A DNA stretch of 50,800 nt from an uncultured Muribaculaceae bacterium. GTDB taxonomy: Bacteria > Bacillota_I > Bacilli_A > RF39 > UBA660. Below the pieces are notes generated by a model. That model made no database searches and was not told where the DNA came from. It worked only from the letters and a program-made list of their open reading frames with translations. This document shows positions 28,186-39,048 of this stretch, piece after piece (within the stretch, counting starts at the first letter, position 1; each line of letters begins with the position of its first letter). The translations under genes were made by a program, and so were the position numbers. Location: assembly GCA_964629735.1 (NCBI GenBank), contig CAZVQX010000004.1, positions 1 through 50,800 of the forward strand. The letters run 5' to 3'.

Positions 28186-28237
28186 AAACACCCCATTTAA
28201 ATATATGAAAAAAATCATAAATTAATATGATTTTTTA

Positions 28238-29794
28238 TTAAGATATAATTAATCGTGATGTAGCATTACCTATATTTCTCCCTACTAGTGTACTATATAA
28301 ATATGCTCCTGCACTAACTCCATGATAATCACCACCACCACGATAAAACCATGGTTTAGTTGGAATTGCAAAGGAATTCATATCATTATACCATCCTCTA
28401 GTTTCGCCTGTAGCATCACCTAATTTACGACGATTATAAGCATCTGGATCATTATAATCTGCTATTCCATAAGTATATTTATCAATATATTTATTCATAT
28501 AAGCACTATCAATAGTTGCTTGATCAAAACCAGATTCAGCAACTAATAATGTTGTATTATTACTATCAAACATACTAGCCATAACCAAATCATAGGCACC
28601 ACCACTCATATCATATACACCATATATATTGCCTGTAGTGCTTGCTTTTAAACCATTGGCTGTATGATATTGATTAGGACAACCATTAGTCGTTTCTGCA
28701 GATACGCTTTCACCAGCACAACCAGTTATAAAATCGCCACTTGGATTTATCCATATTTCGTTATTTTTTCCATATTTACTATGACTTAAATATGATATTG
28801 CTCCCCATTCAAGATTTTTAATCATATGAGCATCAAAAGAGTTTTCTACTCCATATATTGCAGCATTATTAAACTTTTGGGCTGTAGTAAAATGAGTACT
28901 CACATTTAGACCTCTTAATGAAGTTATATTTGGTTTTATCGTTGGTGTAGAAATTGAGCCAGTCGTTTCAAATTTTCCTACCCAAAATCCATCTAATTCT
29001 TTATCACCAAATGTAAATGCTGGATGGGTTAAATAAGCACCATTAGTACTACCATTTGATTTTGATGTTGTTTTTTTCTCAAATACAATTTCTATTTCTT
29101 GTGGATTGCTTTCAATTGATTCAACATTAAATAATTTATATTTATAACGTGGTATCCAAACTAAATAAGCCATAACATCATCATTTTGGATTATTGTCCC
29201 TGGTGAAGCTTCTTTATATAGTGATCTACTTGATTCAGTTGTTAAAACTACATTCGCCCATTTTTTCTCGTCATAATCGTACCAATTAGTATTAATATCT
29301 GCTTTGATCCAATTTTTACCATTCCAAATAATTGGAATCATACCAATACTTAAAGTTGGTTCATTAGGGGTTGGTATAACGCAATCATCTGATGTTTTGT
29401 CCGTTAAAACTATTATATTATCATCATAATTTTTTTCAGCACACCATTTGCCATTATGTAAAGCAATAGCTACTTTACCATCAGTATTAACCATTACTTT
29501 TCCACTTTTAGGTTTTGATCCTTTATAATCCAACGCATATCCCTCCGGAATCGAAGCCTCAACTCCATCACTATATGTAAACTGTAATTTTTTACTGTTT
29601 TCTTTTATTAGCATACTAGTATATTGTATTTCCGCAGATTTCACAATACCGTATGCTGAATTTCTAAAAGCACCTTTTCTTGCATCGTTTATGACATTTA
29701 CAATTAATGGTGTTGCAATTAACATTATAATTGCCAATATCACTATTACCGCTAATAACTCAATCAAGGTAAATCCTTTGTTGTTATTTATCAT
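28238..29794 (-). CDS. Modular type IV pilin-like protein with a C-terminal FGE-sulfatase (SUMF1)-like module
   Basis: MINNNKG/FTLIELLAVIVILAIIMLIA is a class III signal peptide with Glu+5. Downstream motifs are GFWVGKFETT, NLEWGAISY, GVYDMSGGAYDLV and FYRGGGDY. These parallel the FGE-domain motifs (KYEVT, EWEYAA, YDMSGNVWEW, RGGSW). Start ATG 29794, 9 nt after GGAGG. Confidence 0.75.
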   Translation of the reverse strand: MINNNKGFTLIELLAVIVILAIIMLIATPLIVNVINDARKGAFRNSAYGIVKSAEIQYTSMLIKENSKKLQFTYSDGVEASIPEGYALDYKGSKPKSGKVMVNTDGKVAIALHNGKWCAEKNYDDNIIVLTDKTSDDCVIPTPNEPTLSIGMIPIIWNGKNWIKADINTNWYDYDEKKWANVVLTTESSRSLYKEASPGTIIQNDDVMAYLVWIPRYKYKLFNVESIESNPQEIEIVFEKKTTSKSNGSTNGAYLTHPAFTFGDKELDGFWVGKFETTGSISTPTIKPNITSLRGLNVSTHFTTAQKFNNAAIYGVENSFDAHMIKNLEWGAISYLSHSKYGKNNEIWINPSGDFITGCAGESVSAETTNGCPNQYHTANGLKASTTGNIYGVYDMSGGAYDLVMASMFDSNNTTLLVAESGFDQATIDSAYMNKYIDKYTYGIADYNDPDAYNRRKLGDATGETRGWYNDMNSFAIPTKPWFYRGGGDYHGVSAGAYLYSTLVGRNIGNATSRLIIS

Positions 29795-29851
29795 AATATA
29801 AAACCTCCACACATATAACATAAATATTTTACTTACAATATTACAATTATA

Positions 29852-30535
29852 CTATCTTCTATTTATTTTATCAAATACCAATTCATAAAGTTCTTCATTT
29901 ATATCAGCTATTGTTCTTATTTTGTCGTCTTCATAACAATTAATTGTATCAAAATGATATTTTTCAGCGATTTCAATATAAGCTTTCTCTGCATTTCTTA
30001 AATGTTGTTCCGATATTTCATGACCATCCGGTTTCTCTTGACGATTCTTTTTTAATAAGCAAGCATGTTCATATGGTAAATGTAAAAACACACCAATATC
30101 TGGTCTTGGTAATTCTAACAAGTTAAATTCTAAATTTTCTAACCACTCATACATTTTAAAACGTTCTTCTTTATTTAAAATTTTACTTGCTTGATGACCC
30201 ATATTAGAAAATGCATATCGGTCAAGCAAAACGTTTTTTCCATTTGCTAGAAGTTGATTAATTTTGGTAATATTATATAATCGATCAGCTGCAAAATATA
30301 AAGATGCAACTTTAGGTTCAACATTAGCTGCCCCTTCTGTAAACCATGATTCACCTATATATTCTTTCCCTAAATAAGGGCCAGCTATTATTCGACCTGT
30401 TGGCGAATCATAATTTGGAAATGAAAACTTTACAATAGGTATGTTATCTTTTAATAATTTTTTAATTAATAAATCAGTTTGCGTCTCCTTACCCGAACAA
30501 TCAGTTCCCTCAATTACAATTAATTTTCCCATCAT
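29852..30535 (-). CDS. tmk: Thymidylate kinase family protein
   Basis: P-loop IEGTDCSGKETQ and the DRY motif (LLDRYAFSNMGHQ). There is a 4-nt overlap with folA. Confidence 0.75.
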   Translation of the reverse strand: MMGKLIVIEGTDCSGKETQTDLLIKKLLKDNIPIVKFSFPNYDSPTGRIIAGPYLGKEYIGESWFTEGAANVEPKVASLYFAADRLYNITKINQLLANGKNVLLDRYAFSNMGHQASKILNKEERFKMYEWLENLEFNLLELPRPDIGVFLHLPYEHACLLKKNRQEKPDGHEISEQHLRNAEKAYIEIAEKYHFDTINCYEDDKIRTIADINEELYELVFDKINRR

Positions 30536-31014
30536 TGTTTCCTCCTGTATTCAACTATTTTGAATTTTATATCTTTATCATTTTCAAAAATTAAAATGGA
30601 TTCCCAATCTTCTTTATTAAAATTTGGAAAATAAACATCGGCATCATCACTCTCTTCATCAATATGAGTAATATACATTTTGTTGACATATGGAAAAAAC
30701 TGTTTATATATACTATATCCCCCAATAATAAAAACCTCTTCATCAACATTTTTTAATTTTTTTAATAAACCTGCAAAATTATTAAAAACCAATACCCCCT
30801 CTGGCATTTGTATATTTGAATTACTTAATACGATATGCCGTCTATCGGGCAGTTGCTCTGGTATTGAATTATAAGTTTTACTTCCCATAACAATTGTTTT
30901 ATTCATTGTTACTCTTTTAAAAAATTGTAAATCACCAGGTATTTTCCAAATTAATTGATTATTACAACCTAGTTCAAAATTTTTGCCAACCGCTGCAATT
31001 ATTGTTAATTTCAT
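30532..31014 (-). CDS. folA: Dihydrofolate reductase
   Basis: MKLTIIAAVGKNFELG ... LIWKIPGDLQFFKRVT ... VMGSKTYNSIP ... IIGG. Start placed at ATG 31014. Confidence 0.88.
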   Translation of the reverse strand: MKLTIIAAVGKNFELGCNNQLIWKIPGDLQFFKRVTMNKTIVMGSKTYNSIPEQLPDRRHIVLSNSNIQMPEGVLVFNNFAGLLKKLKNVDEEVFIIGGYSIYKQFFPYVNKMYITHIDEESDDADVYFPNFNKEDWESILIFENDKDIKFKIVEYRRKQ

Positions 31015-31047
31015 ATTACCACATCCATTCATCATAGCTATTTAAAA

Positions 31048-31611
31048 CTAATATATCTTTACTTCTAAATATTTTCGGCTTGCTAAATAATCACACATAT
31101 GAACAAATTTTTGTTGTTTGGTTTCGGGTTTTGATAAAACTTCATTTCCTTTATAATCTTTTACCCATTCACCCATATGGGTCTCTAATAATAACTTTAA
31201 CAATTTTATTTCTGGATCTTTTAATTCCAGTTCATTTTGATGAAGTGTAACAAATTCGGAAATTAATAATGGATGTTCAATAACTGTATATTGTTCCTTA
31301 TTAACACCTGATTTTAAACCATCATGAATAATTAAAGCCATAATAATTATATCTTTCTCTAATTTTGTAAAATCATTTCCTATTGTTTGATTATTAAACA
31401 ATAGATCATTTGCCAACAAAACAGCAGCCTTAGTATGTCTTACCAACCCACCTCTGCCTAAAGCATAATTAGGATGATACTTCCCAGTTGAGCTAGCCGG
31501 TATTTCAAAAAAATAATCGGGCAATTGACTAACTAAAAAACTAGCACTTCGTCTTAATCTATCATTTTTGATACAATTTAATTCATTTTTAAAAACATCT
31601 TCTTTTTTCAT
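31048..31611 (-). CDS. HD-domain phosphohydrolase
   Basis: STGKYHP ... VRHT ... IIHDG pattern of His/Asp metal ligands. 187 aa. Confidence 0.7.
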   Translation of the reverse strand: MKKEDVFKNELNCIKNDRLRRSASFLVSQLPDYFFEIPASSTGKYHPNYALGRGGLVRHTKAAVLLANDLLFNNQTIGNDFTKLEKDIIIMALIIHDGLKSGVNKEQYTVIEHPLLISEFVTLHQNELELKDPEIKLLKLLLETHMGEWVKDYKGNEVLSKPETKQQKFVHMCDYLASRKYLEVKIY

Positions 31612-31612
31612 T

Positions 31613-32704
31613 TTACACCATTAAACTAACTAATATTTCATTTGATATATATAAATATTTTGAATTTATATATATATTTTCACCATCATCTATTAGTTTC
31701 CCTTCTTTTAATAATTTTGAAACATTATGAAATTCTTTAATGCTAAATTTAAATTTTTGATAAAAACTTTGTTTGTTAATACCTTTTATTTTGCGCAGCC
31801 CTAATATAAATTCATATAATAATATATCTTCTTTGGTTAAATATTCCTCATCTGCACGATAAATACCACTTATATATTTATTAATGTTTTTATTGTTTTC
31901 ATATCTAATATTATTTAAATAACCACTAGCCCCCATCCCAAAACCATAATATTCATCGTTGCTCCAATATGTCAGATTATGTTTTGATTCATAACCACTT
32001 TTACTAAAATTACTTATTTCATAATGATTATAACCATTATCAATTAATTTTTCCCTAATAAGTTCATACATTTCATAATCCAAATCTTCATCAATATAAT
32101 CAGTTTTTTCGATATATAATAATGTATGGGGTTCAATTATCAGTGAATATGTTGATATGTGGGTAATATCTAATTTAATTATTTTTTCCAAATCTTCTAA
32201 TAATTCATCTAATGTTTGGTTGGGTAAAGCGTACATTAAATCTATATTTATATTATTAAATCCTACTTTTTTAGCTAAATTAATACGATTAATTATGTTA
32301 TCAACATTACTCCTACCTAATTTTTGAAGATGGATACGATTAAAAGTCTGAACACCTATACTTAAACGATTTATTTTGTTTTGATAAAATAGATTTAACT
32401 TATCTATCGTTACATCTTCAATATTAGTCTCAATTGTAAATTCAAAATTTTTATCTAAGTTAAATAATTTAATAAGATCAAATAATTTTTTTAATTCCGA
32501 CATTTTTAAAGAACTAGGCGTTCCACCACCTATATATATAGTTTTAATTAAATCACCTTTATAATTACTCTTGATTTCTTTTTCTAACGCTAATAAATAA
32601 TTATTAATATATTTTTCATCATAAAATATTTTACAAAAATCACAATAGGAACATATTTGTTTACAAAAAGGAATATGAATATAAACTGAGTTTACTTTAT
32701 TCAT
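31613..32704 (-). CDS. hemW: Radical SAM heme chaperone HemW (HemN-like, oxygen-independent coproporphyrinogen oxidase family)
   Basis: IHIPFCKQICSYCDFC cluster motif, GGGTPS, and an HemN C-terminal domain. The ATG overlaps the polC TAA (TAATG). Confidence 0.88.
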   Translation of the reverse strand: MNKVNSVYIHIPFCKQICSYCDFCKIFYDEKYINNYLLALEKEIKSNYKGDLIKTIYIGGGTPSSLKMSELKKLFDLIKLFNLDKNFEFTIETNIEDVTIDKLNLFYQNKINRLSIGVQTFNRIHLQKLGRSNVDNIINRINLAKKVGFNNINIDLMYALPNQTLDELLEDLEKIIKLDITHISTYSLIIEPHTLLYIEKTDYIDEDLDYEMYELIREKLIDNGYNHYEISNFSKSGYESKHNLTYWSNDEYYGFGMGASGYLNNIRYENNKNINKYISGIYRADEEYLTKEDILLYEFILGLRKIKGINKQSFYQKFKFSIKEFHNVSKLLKEGKLIDDGENIYINSKYLYISNEILVSLMV

Positions 32705-35700
32705 TAAAATAGTGACAATTGATTAGATTCATCTAGATGATCTAATATTCCCATTAAACGCATTTTTTCAATTGTTGTCACTGTTACCTTACCCCTTTTT
32801 TGTAAATCCTCAATGCTAATGAACGGTTTCTTTTTTCTTTCTTCAACTATTTTGTTGGCAACTTGACTACCTAATCCATCAATCGCACGGAATGGTGGTA
32901 ATAAGGTTTTATCGTCTAAAATAATAAAATTAGTTGCATCGCTTTTGTTAATATCAATATTAGCAAATTTAAAACCGCGTGCTGTCGCTTCTAAAGCAAC
33001 GTTTAAAACATCCAAAATTGCCATTTCCTTATTAGTAGCATCGTATCCTTTTTCTGCAATTTCACCAATTACATCTTTTATTGCATCATAACCTTTAATC
33101 ATGGCATCAATATTAAAGTCATTACATCTGATTGAAAAATATGCTGAATAATAATAAATAGGATGATGAACTTTAAACCAGGCAATTCTCAATGCGCTCA
33201 TAACATAAGCTGCAGCATGAGCCTTCGGGAACATATATTTTATTTTGCGACATGATTCAATATACCAGTCTACAATTCCCGCTTCTTTCATCATTTCTTC
33301 ATAATCTTTCCATGCTTCTGGTTCACGACTAGGACGACCTTTTCTAACAAACTCCATTATTTTAAAAGCAGCTTTCGGTTTTAAACCATTATACGATAAA
33401 TAAACCATAATATCATCACGACAACCAATAACATCTTTAAATTCACAAACATTATTTTGAATTAATTCTTGGGCATTACCTAACCACACATCTGTCCCAT
33501 GTGATAATCCCGATATTTTTAATAACTCACCAAAAGTTTTTGGCTTTGTTTCTTTTAACATGCCAATAACAAAATTTGTACCAAATTCTGGAACACCTAA
33601 CGTTCCTGTTTCACACATAATTTGTTCTTTAGTTACACCTAAAACTTCAGGTGATGAAAATATTTTCATTACTTCCGGATCAGACATATCAATTTTAGTT
33701 ACATCAATGCCTGATAAGTCTTGTAACATTCTTAAAATAGTTGGATCATCATGACCAAGAATATCAAGTTTTAATAAACTTTCATCAATTGCATGATAAT
33801 CAAAGTGAGTAGTTCTCCATAAAGAGTTTGGATCATCAGCTGGAAATTGATATGGAGTAAAATCATAAACATCTTTATAATTAGGGATAACAACAATTCC
33901 ACCTGGATGTTGTCCCGTTGTTCTTTTAACCCCGGTACAACCCTTAGCTAATCTTTCAACTTCAGCACCTCTTAAATTAATACCTTTATCTTCACAATAT
34001 CCCATAACAAAACCATAAGCTGTCTTATCTGCAACAGTGCCAATTGTTCCAGCCCGATAAACATTATCAACCCCAAACAATTCTTTGGTATATTCATGGG
34101 CCCGCCATTGATATTCACCTGAAAAATTTAAATCAATATCTGGAACTTTATCTGCATCAAAACCTAAAAATGTAGCAAATGGCATATCATGGCCATCACG
34201 ATTCATAACTGTATTACATTTAGGACATTTTTTACTTGGCAAATCATAACCGCTAGAATATTTACTGCCTAAAACAACCCCATTTTCTTCAAAGATACTG
34301 TGTTTACAATTTGGGCACAAATAATGTGGTGGCAATGGATTAACTTCAGTAATTCCCATTAAGGTAGCAACAAACGAAGAGCCGACCGAACCACGACTAC
34401 CAACTATATATCCATCATCATTGGATTTTTTCACGAGTTTATGAGCGATTAAATATATAACATCAAATTCACCTTTTATAATCCCTTTCAACTCTTCCTT
34501 TATTCTCTCATCAAGTAAAGTAGGTAATGGATTTCCATATAATTCATAAGCCTTTTCATAAACCATTTTATTAACTTCTTCTGCAGAATTCTCAATTCTT
34601 GGCGAAAATGGTATACCTTTGGTATCAACTAACACTTCATAAATATCAACCATATTTGCTATTTTATTAGGGTTAGTAACAACAATTTCTTCAGCTATAT
34701 CCTTATCTAAAAAACTAAAATTTTTTAACATTTCATTTGTCGTTCTAAAATGATTACTTGGAATGTTATTAATATTATTACGCGCTAATGGATGACGACC
34801 ACCGCCTGGAACTTTTTGATTGACTATAATTTCACGATATATTTTATCATCTAATTTAAGATGATGAACATCACCGGATGCTACAACTAATTTGCCAGCA
34901 TCTTTTCCAACTCTAACAATTTTTTTAATATTTTCAGTTAATTCAAATGTATTAGCAAATACACCACTTTGTATTAAATGATCATAACAATCAATTGGCT
35001 GAACTTCAATATAGTCATAAAAATTCATTATCTCTGATAGTTCTTCTTCCGTTTTAGAGCGTGCTTCGACAAAAACTTCACTTTCATAACAACCACTACT
35101 AATTAATAAACCTTCTCTTAATTTTTGTATTTCACTTCTTAAAATCCTTGGTGTTTTATATAAATATTTAGTATTAGCATAACTGATTATTTTAAATAAA
35201 TTTTTAATACCGATTTCATTACGAGATAAAATATTAATATGATATGTCCTACCAAATTTATGAATTTCCTCTTTTGAAACTAATTTATCTAAATCACTGA
35301 TTGTTTTAAATGTTTTTGTCGGTAATTTATTAATCATTTTATGAAAAACCATTGCCGTACCCTCGGCATCATAATCTGCACGATGGTGAGCATCTTCATC
35401 AAAATCAACCTTATATCTTTTAACTAAAGCTGATAGACTATGACGAAATTGGTTTGGCTCTAAAGCACGTGACAATTCTAAAGTATCAATAATTGGGTTT
35501 TTAAAAGTTCCTAAATCGTATTTAGCATAAGCCATTTCTAAGAAAGATAAATCGAATTTAGCATTATGGGCAATTAATGGCGCATCACCAAACCAATCAA
35601 TAAATCTTTTAATAACTTCTTTTTCTGATGGTTTACCTTTTAACATATCATCTGTTATTTTTGTTATTTCTGTTATTTTTGCTGGTAATGGTCGACCAGG

Positions 35701-37044
35701 ATCGATTAATTCTGAAAACCGATCAATTATTTCTCCATTTTTGATTTTAACAGCACCAGCTTCAATAATTTGATCACCACCACCGGCATTAAAACCAGTT
35801 GTTTCAAAATCAAATACGACATAAGTTGTATTTAATAAATCTGTTTCATTCGCATTAACAACAATGTCAATTTGGTCATTAACCATTGTTAATTCTGCCC
35901 CAAATAAAACTTTAAAAGGTTCTTCCCCCTCTGCTAACTTTTTATTTATACTTTTCATCTCACGATAAATCTCTGGAAAAGCCTGAACACTATTATGATC
36001 AGTTACAGCTACGGCTTTATGCCCCAAGCCCTTAGCATATTTAACTAGGTCAGCTGGTGGCACTAAACCATCCATTTGACTCATAAAGGTATGTGCATGT
36101 AATTCGACTCTTTTTATATCAGCCTCATCCTTTATTTTATTATCTTCTTTAATAATTAAATTTATATCCCGAGCATTTAAAACAATTTCCCGAGCATATT
36201 CATCATATTTTGTATAACCTCTTATTTGGTACCAATTACCAACTTTTAACCTGCTTTTCAAATCACTAAATTGAGTGGCATCACGGGTGAAAATTTTGCA
36301 ATATATACTATTAGTATAATCTGTTATTTTTAAAGTAATTATTTTAAAGTCCGTTCGATTTGATTCAAAAATATCAATATCAAACACATGTCCCTCTACA
36401 ATAACATTTGACTCTTCACTTATAATATTATTGATTGTTGTAGTCTTTCCTTTTATTATATCACCTAATATTATTTTATTAACTGTTTTTACTTGTACTA
36501 CTTTTTCAATTTTTTTGATATCTTCTTTTATTGAATTTTCTATCTCTTCCTTTATTTTTTTAGATTCTTCTTCATTTATTTTTATATCAATTTTTATATT
36601 ACTAAATCCAAACCGTTCAAAATCCTGTTTTAAATTTTTCTTTACACTAGATAATCTCATTTTTTCAGCTTTATTAGCTACTTCAATTATTAAATTATTA
36701 TCCTCTAGTAAAATTTTATTGTTTTTAAAAGTTTCTAAAAAAGGATGTTCCTTACTATATTTTTTAATAACATATTCAAAATATTCTTTGACAATACCTT
36801 TATTTACATTTGACACAATAAATTTTACATCAACTAAATTAACCGTAGGAAATTTTTCTTGAATCTTATTAATAAACTTATCAAAAAGCACTATTGGTAA
36901 GGTTTTATTTATGTTTATTGTAAAACAATAAGCATTTTTCTTCTGGTCACATATTATTTTTTCAATATAACCTTCATTAAAATATTTATATTCTTCATCA
37001 TTAAATGATAATTGTTCTAATAAAATTTCTAACTTCTTATCCAC
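32704..37044 (-). CDS. polC: DNA polymerase III PolC-type (Gram-positive replicative polymerase)
   Basis: 1446 aa. PHP domain (ELHAHTFMS), inserted DEDDh exonuclease (VVFDFETTG ... HNAKFDLSF ... HRADYDA), a zinc finger (CPNC ... CPKC) and the polymerase core. GTG start. Confidence 0.96.
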   Translation of the reverse strand: MDKKLEILLEQLSFNDEEYKYFNEGYIEKIICDQKKNAYCFTININKTLPIVLFDKFINKIQEKFPTVNLVDVKFIVSNVNKGIVKEYFEYVIKKYSKEHPFLETFKNNKILLEDNNLIIEVANKAEKMRLSSVKKNLKQDFERFGFSNIKIDIKINEEESKKIKEEIENSIKEDIKKIEKVVQVKTVNKIILGDIIKGKTTTINNIISEESNVIVEGHVFDIDIFESNRTDFKIITLKITDYTNSIYCKIFTRDATQFSDLKSRLKVGNWYQIRGYTKYDEYAREIVLNARDINLIIKEDNKIKDEADIKRVELHAHTFMSQMDGLVPPADLVKYAKGLGHKAVAVTDHNSVQAFPEIYREMKSINKKLAEGEEPFKVLFGAELTMVNDQIDIVVNANETDLLNTTYVVFDFETTGFNAGGGDQIIEAGAVKIKNGEIIDRFSELIDPGRPLPAKITEITKITDDMLKGKPSEKEVIKRFIDWFGDAPLIAHNAKFDLSFLEMAYAKYDLGTFKNPIIDTLELSRALEPNQFRHSLSALVKRYKVDFDEDAHHRADYDAEGTAMVFHKMINKLPTKTFKTISDLDKLVSKEEIHKFGRTYHINILSRNEIGIKNLFKIISYANTKYLYKTPRILRSEIQKLREGLLISSGCYESEVFVEARSKTEEELSEIMNFYDYIEVQPIDCYDHLIQSGVFANTFELTENIKKIVRVGKDAGKLVVASGDVHHLKLDDKIYREIIVNQKVPGGGRHPLARNNINNIPSNHFRTTNEMLKNFSFLDKDIAEEIVVTNPNKIANMVDIYEVLVDTKGIPFSPRIENSAEEVNKMVYEKAYELYGNPLPTLLDERIKEELKGIIKGEFDVIYLIAHKLVKKSNDDGYIVGSRGSVGSSFVATLMGITEVNPLPPHYLCPNCKHSIFEENGVVLGSKYSSGYDLPSKKCPKCNTVMNRDGHDMPFATFLGFDADKVPDIDLNFSGEYQWRAHEYTKELFGVDNVYRAGTIGTVADKTAYGFVMGYCEDKGINLRGAEVERLAKGCTGVKRTTGQHPGGIVVIPNYKDVYDFTPYQFPADDPNSLWRTTHFDYHAIDESLLKLDILGHDDPTILRMLQDLSGIDVTKIDMSDPEVMKIFSSPEVLGVTKEQIMCETGTLGVPEFGTNFVIGMLKETKPKTFGELLKISGLSHGTDVWLGNAQELIQNNVCEFKDVIGCRDDIMVYLSYNGLKPKAAFKIMEFVRKGRPSREPEAWKDYEEMMKEAGIVDWYIESCRKIKYMFPKAHAAAYVMSALRIAWFKVHHPIYYYSAYFSIRCNDFNIDAMIKGYDAIKDVIGEIAEKGYDATNKEMAILDVLNVALEATARGFKFANIDINKSDATNFIILDDKTLLPPFRAIDGLGSQVANKIVEERKKKPFISIEDLQKRGKVTVTTIEKMRLMGILDHLDESNQLSLF

Positions 37045-37155
37045 AGTATCACCATTTTAATTATACCATGGATAAAGAAATATATAAATGAAAGAATCAA
37101 TTTTAAATCATAAAAGTTTAGTATTAATACCATATTTAATAATATGTTTATAACA

Positions 37156-37186
37156 AAAAACACTTATATTTTTTATAAGTGTTTTT
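37156..37186. terminator. Intrinsic terminator between prmC and polC
   Basis: aaaaacacttata-ttttt-tataagtgttttt forms a 13-bp perfect stem that overlaps the prmC stop. Confidence 0.65.
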
Positions 37187-37913
37187 AATCGGATAAATTA
37201 TTAAATATAAATAAAAAGCGATTTCTCCCTTGCATATCTTTTTCAATTTTAATAATTGCATTAGGAAAATATTTGTAAGCAATTTTTTCAATACAAGTGC
37301 CTTGTTTATAACCAATTTCAAATGCTATCAGCGACTTTTCTTTTAAAAAGTTTCTAGCATTTCTTAAAATCAATTCATAAAATTCTAAACCATCATTATT
37401 AGCATATAAAGCAAGGTTTGGTTCATTATTTTTAACAAGCCCCATTACTTCTTCTTTTACCGAAATATAAGGGGGATTACTTATTATACAATCATATTTA
37501 TCAGTTAAAGGTTCTAACATATTGCCTAAATAAAAATTAATTTGAACATTATTTAACTTGGCATTTTTTTTAGCAACCTCCAGTGCTTTTTTTGAAATAT
37601 CAACCGCATCTATATGAGTGTTATTTAATTTTTTTGCTAAAGTAATAGCAATACAACCACTACCAGTTCCTAAATCAACTATTTTAATATTTTTATCAAA
37701 ATATTTATTAATATAGTTAATTGTCTTATAAACTAGTTCTTCAGTTTCAAAACGCGGTATTAAAACATCAGGCGTTACCTCAATTAAATTACCATAAAAA
37801 TTAACATTACCTACAATATATTGTACTGGAATTCCTTTTTCTAACTGTTTAATACCTTCTTTTAATTTATCTGGTGAAAGATATTTTTCTAAATACTTAA
37901 TATTGTTCTTCAT
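37185..37913 (-). CDS. prmC: Release factor glutamine N5-methyltransferase (short form)
   Basis: DLGTGSGCIA (SAM motif I) and NPPY. The start overlaps the prfA stop. Confidence 0.88.
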   Translation of the reverse strand: MKNNIKYLEKYLSPDKLKEGIKQLEKGIPVQYIVGNVNFYGNLIEVTPDVLIPRFETEELVYKTINYINKYFDKNIKIVDLGTGSGCIAITLAKKLNNTHIDAVDISKKALEVAKKNAKLNNVQINFYLGNMLEPLTDKYDCIISNPPYISVKEEVMGLVKNNEPNLALYANNDGLEFYELILRNARNFLKEKSLIAFEIGYKQGTCIEKIAYKYFPNAIIKIEKDMQGRNRFLFIFNNLSD

Positions 37914-38965
37914 TACCCTTTTAACAAACGATTTTGGTCCTCTATTATTAAGGCATTAATAATATCAAATAAATCGCCATCCATTATTCTATCTAATTGT
38001 TTTATTGTCAAAGAAATTCGATGATCAGTTACTCGATTTTGCGGATAATTGTATGTTCTTATTTTTTCCGAACGATCACCGGTTCCTACTTTGCTTCTGC
38101 GGGAATTGGCGATCTCTTCTTCTTGCTTTCTTAAAGTTTCTTCATAAACTCTAGCTCGTAATATTTGTAGAGCTTTCTCACGATTTTGAATTTGACTTCT
38201 TTCGTTTTGACACGTTACTACAATTCCTGTTGGAATATGGGTCATTCGGACAGCACTGTCGGTTGTATTAACCGATTGTCCCCCGGCACCGCCACTTCTA
38301 AATACATCCACTTTTAAGTCAGTTGGTTTTATTTCAACATCTACTTCATCGACTTCAGGCATAACTAAAACAGTCGCAGTAGAAGTATGAACTCTTCCTT
38401 GTGTTTCGGTAGCTGGGACTCTTTGAACACGGTGAGCACCACTCTCATATTTTAATTTTGAATAAACATTTTTACCTTTTACCATAAACTCTACTTTTGT
38501 AAATCCACCGATTGAGCTTTCCTCTTCATTAAGAACTTCAATTTTCCAGCCTTCTTTCTCAGCAAAACGAGTATACATTCGATATAGATCCCCAGCGAAA
38601 ATATTTCCTTCGTCGCCACCAGCAGCACCCCTAATTTCCATAATAACATTTTTACCATCATTTGGATCTTTGGGAAGAAGCATAACTTCTAATTCGTCTT
38701 CTTTTTGTTCTTTTTCAAAGTTTAAATTTATTAATTCCTCTTTAGCTAATTCGCACATTTCTGGATCATTAATCATTTCCTTAGCATCTTTAATCGCTTG
38801 AATTATTTTTTTGTAATTTTGATATAAATTATAAATATCTGATATATCTGATTGTTCTTTTGACAATTCCATCATTAACTTGACATTATTTATATTTTCT
38901 TGTTTTATCAATTCATCATTTATTTCATTATATCTTTTCTCTATTTTTTCCAATCTCTCAATCAT
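37913..38965 (-). CDS. prfA: Peptide chain release factor 1
   Basis: [11 protein letters not shown] (GGQ), PATETQ, which I take to be a variant of the PxT anticodon-like motif, and full-length similarity. Confidence 0.95.
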   Translation of the reverse strand: MIERLEKIEKRYNEINDELIKQENINNVKLMMELSKEQSDISDIYNLYQNYKKIIQAIKDAKEMINDPEMCELAKEELINLNFEKEQKEDELEVMLLPKDPNDGKNVIMEIRGAAGGDEGNIFAGDLYRMYTRFAEKEGWKIEVLNEEESSIGGFTKVEFMVKGKNVYSKLKYESGAHRVQRVPATETQGRVHTSTATVLVMPEVDEVDVEIKPTDLKVDVFRSGGAGGQSVNTTDSAVRMTHIPTGIVVTCQNERSQIQNREKALQILRARVYEETLRKQEEEIANSRRSKVGTGDRSEKIRTYNYPQNRVTDHRISLTIKQLDRIMDGDLFDIINALIIEDQNRLLKG

Positions 38966-39024
38966 TTGGAACCTCCTAATTAACTATTAAAAATTATACT
39001 ATAAACATATTGTTTATGCAATAA

Positions 39025-39048
39025 AAAAGCAATTAACGAATTGCTTTT
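39025..39048 (-). terminator. Intrinsic terminator after the 232-aa hypothetical gene
   Basis: aaaagcaatt-aacg-aattgctttt. The stop codon lies at the loop, and a U tract follows on the reverse strand. Confidence 0.6.

Noticed and set aside
36431-36862. A 143-aa ORF antisense to polC.
   Set aside because: It is a shadow ORF inside the polC N-terminal region, Phe/Ile/Ser-rich, with no start context.
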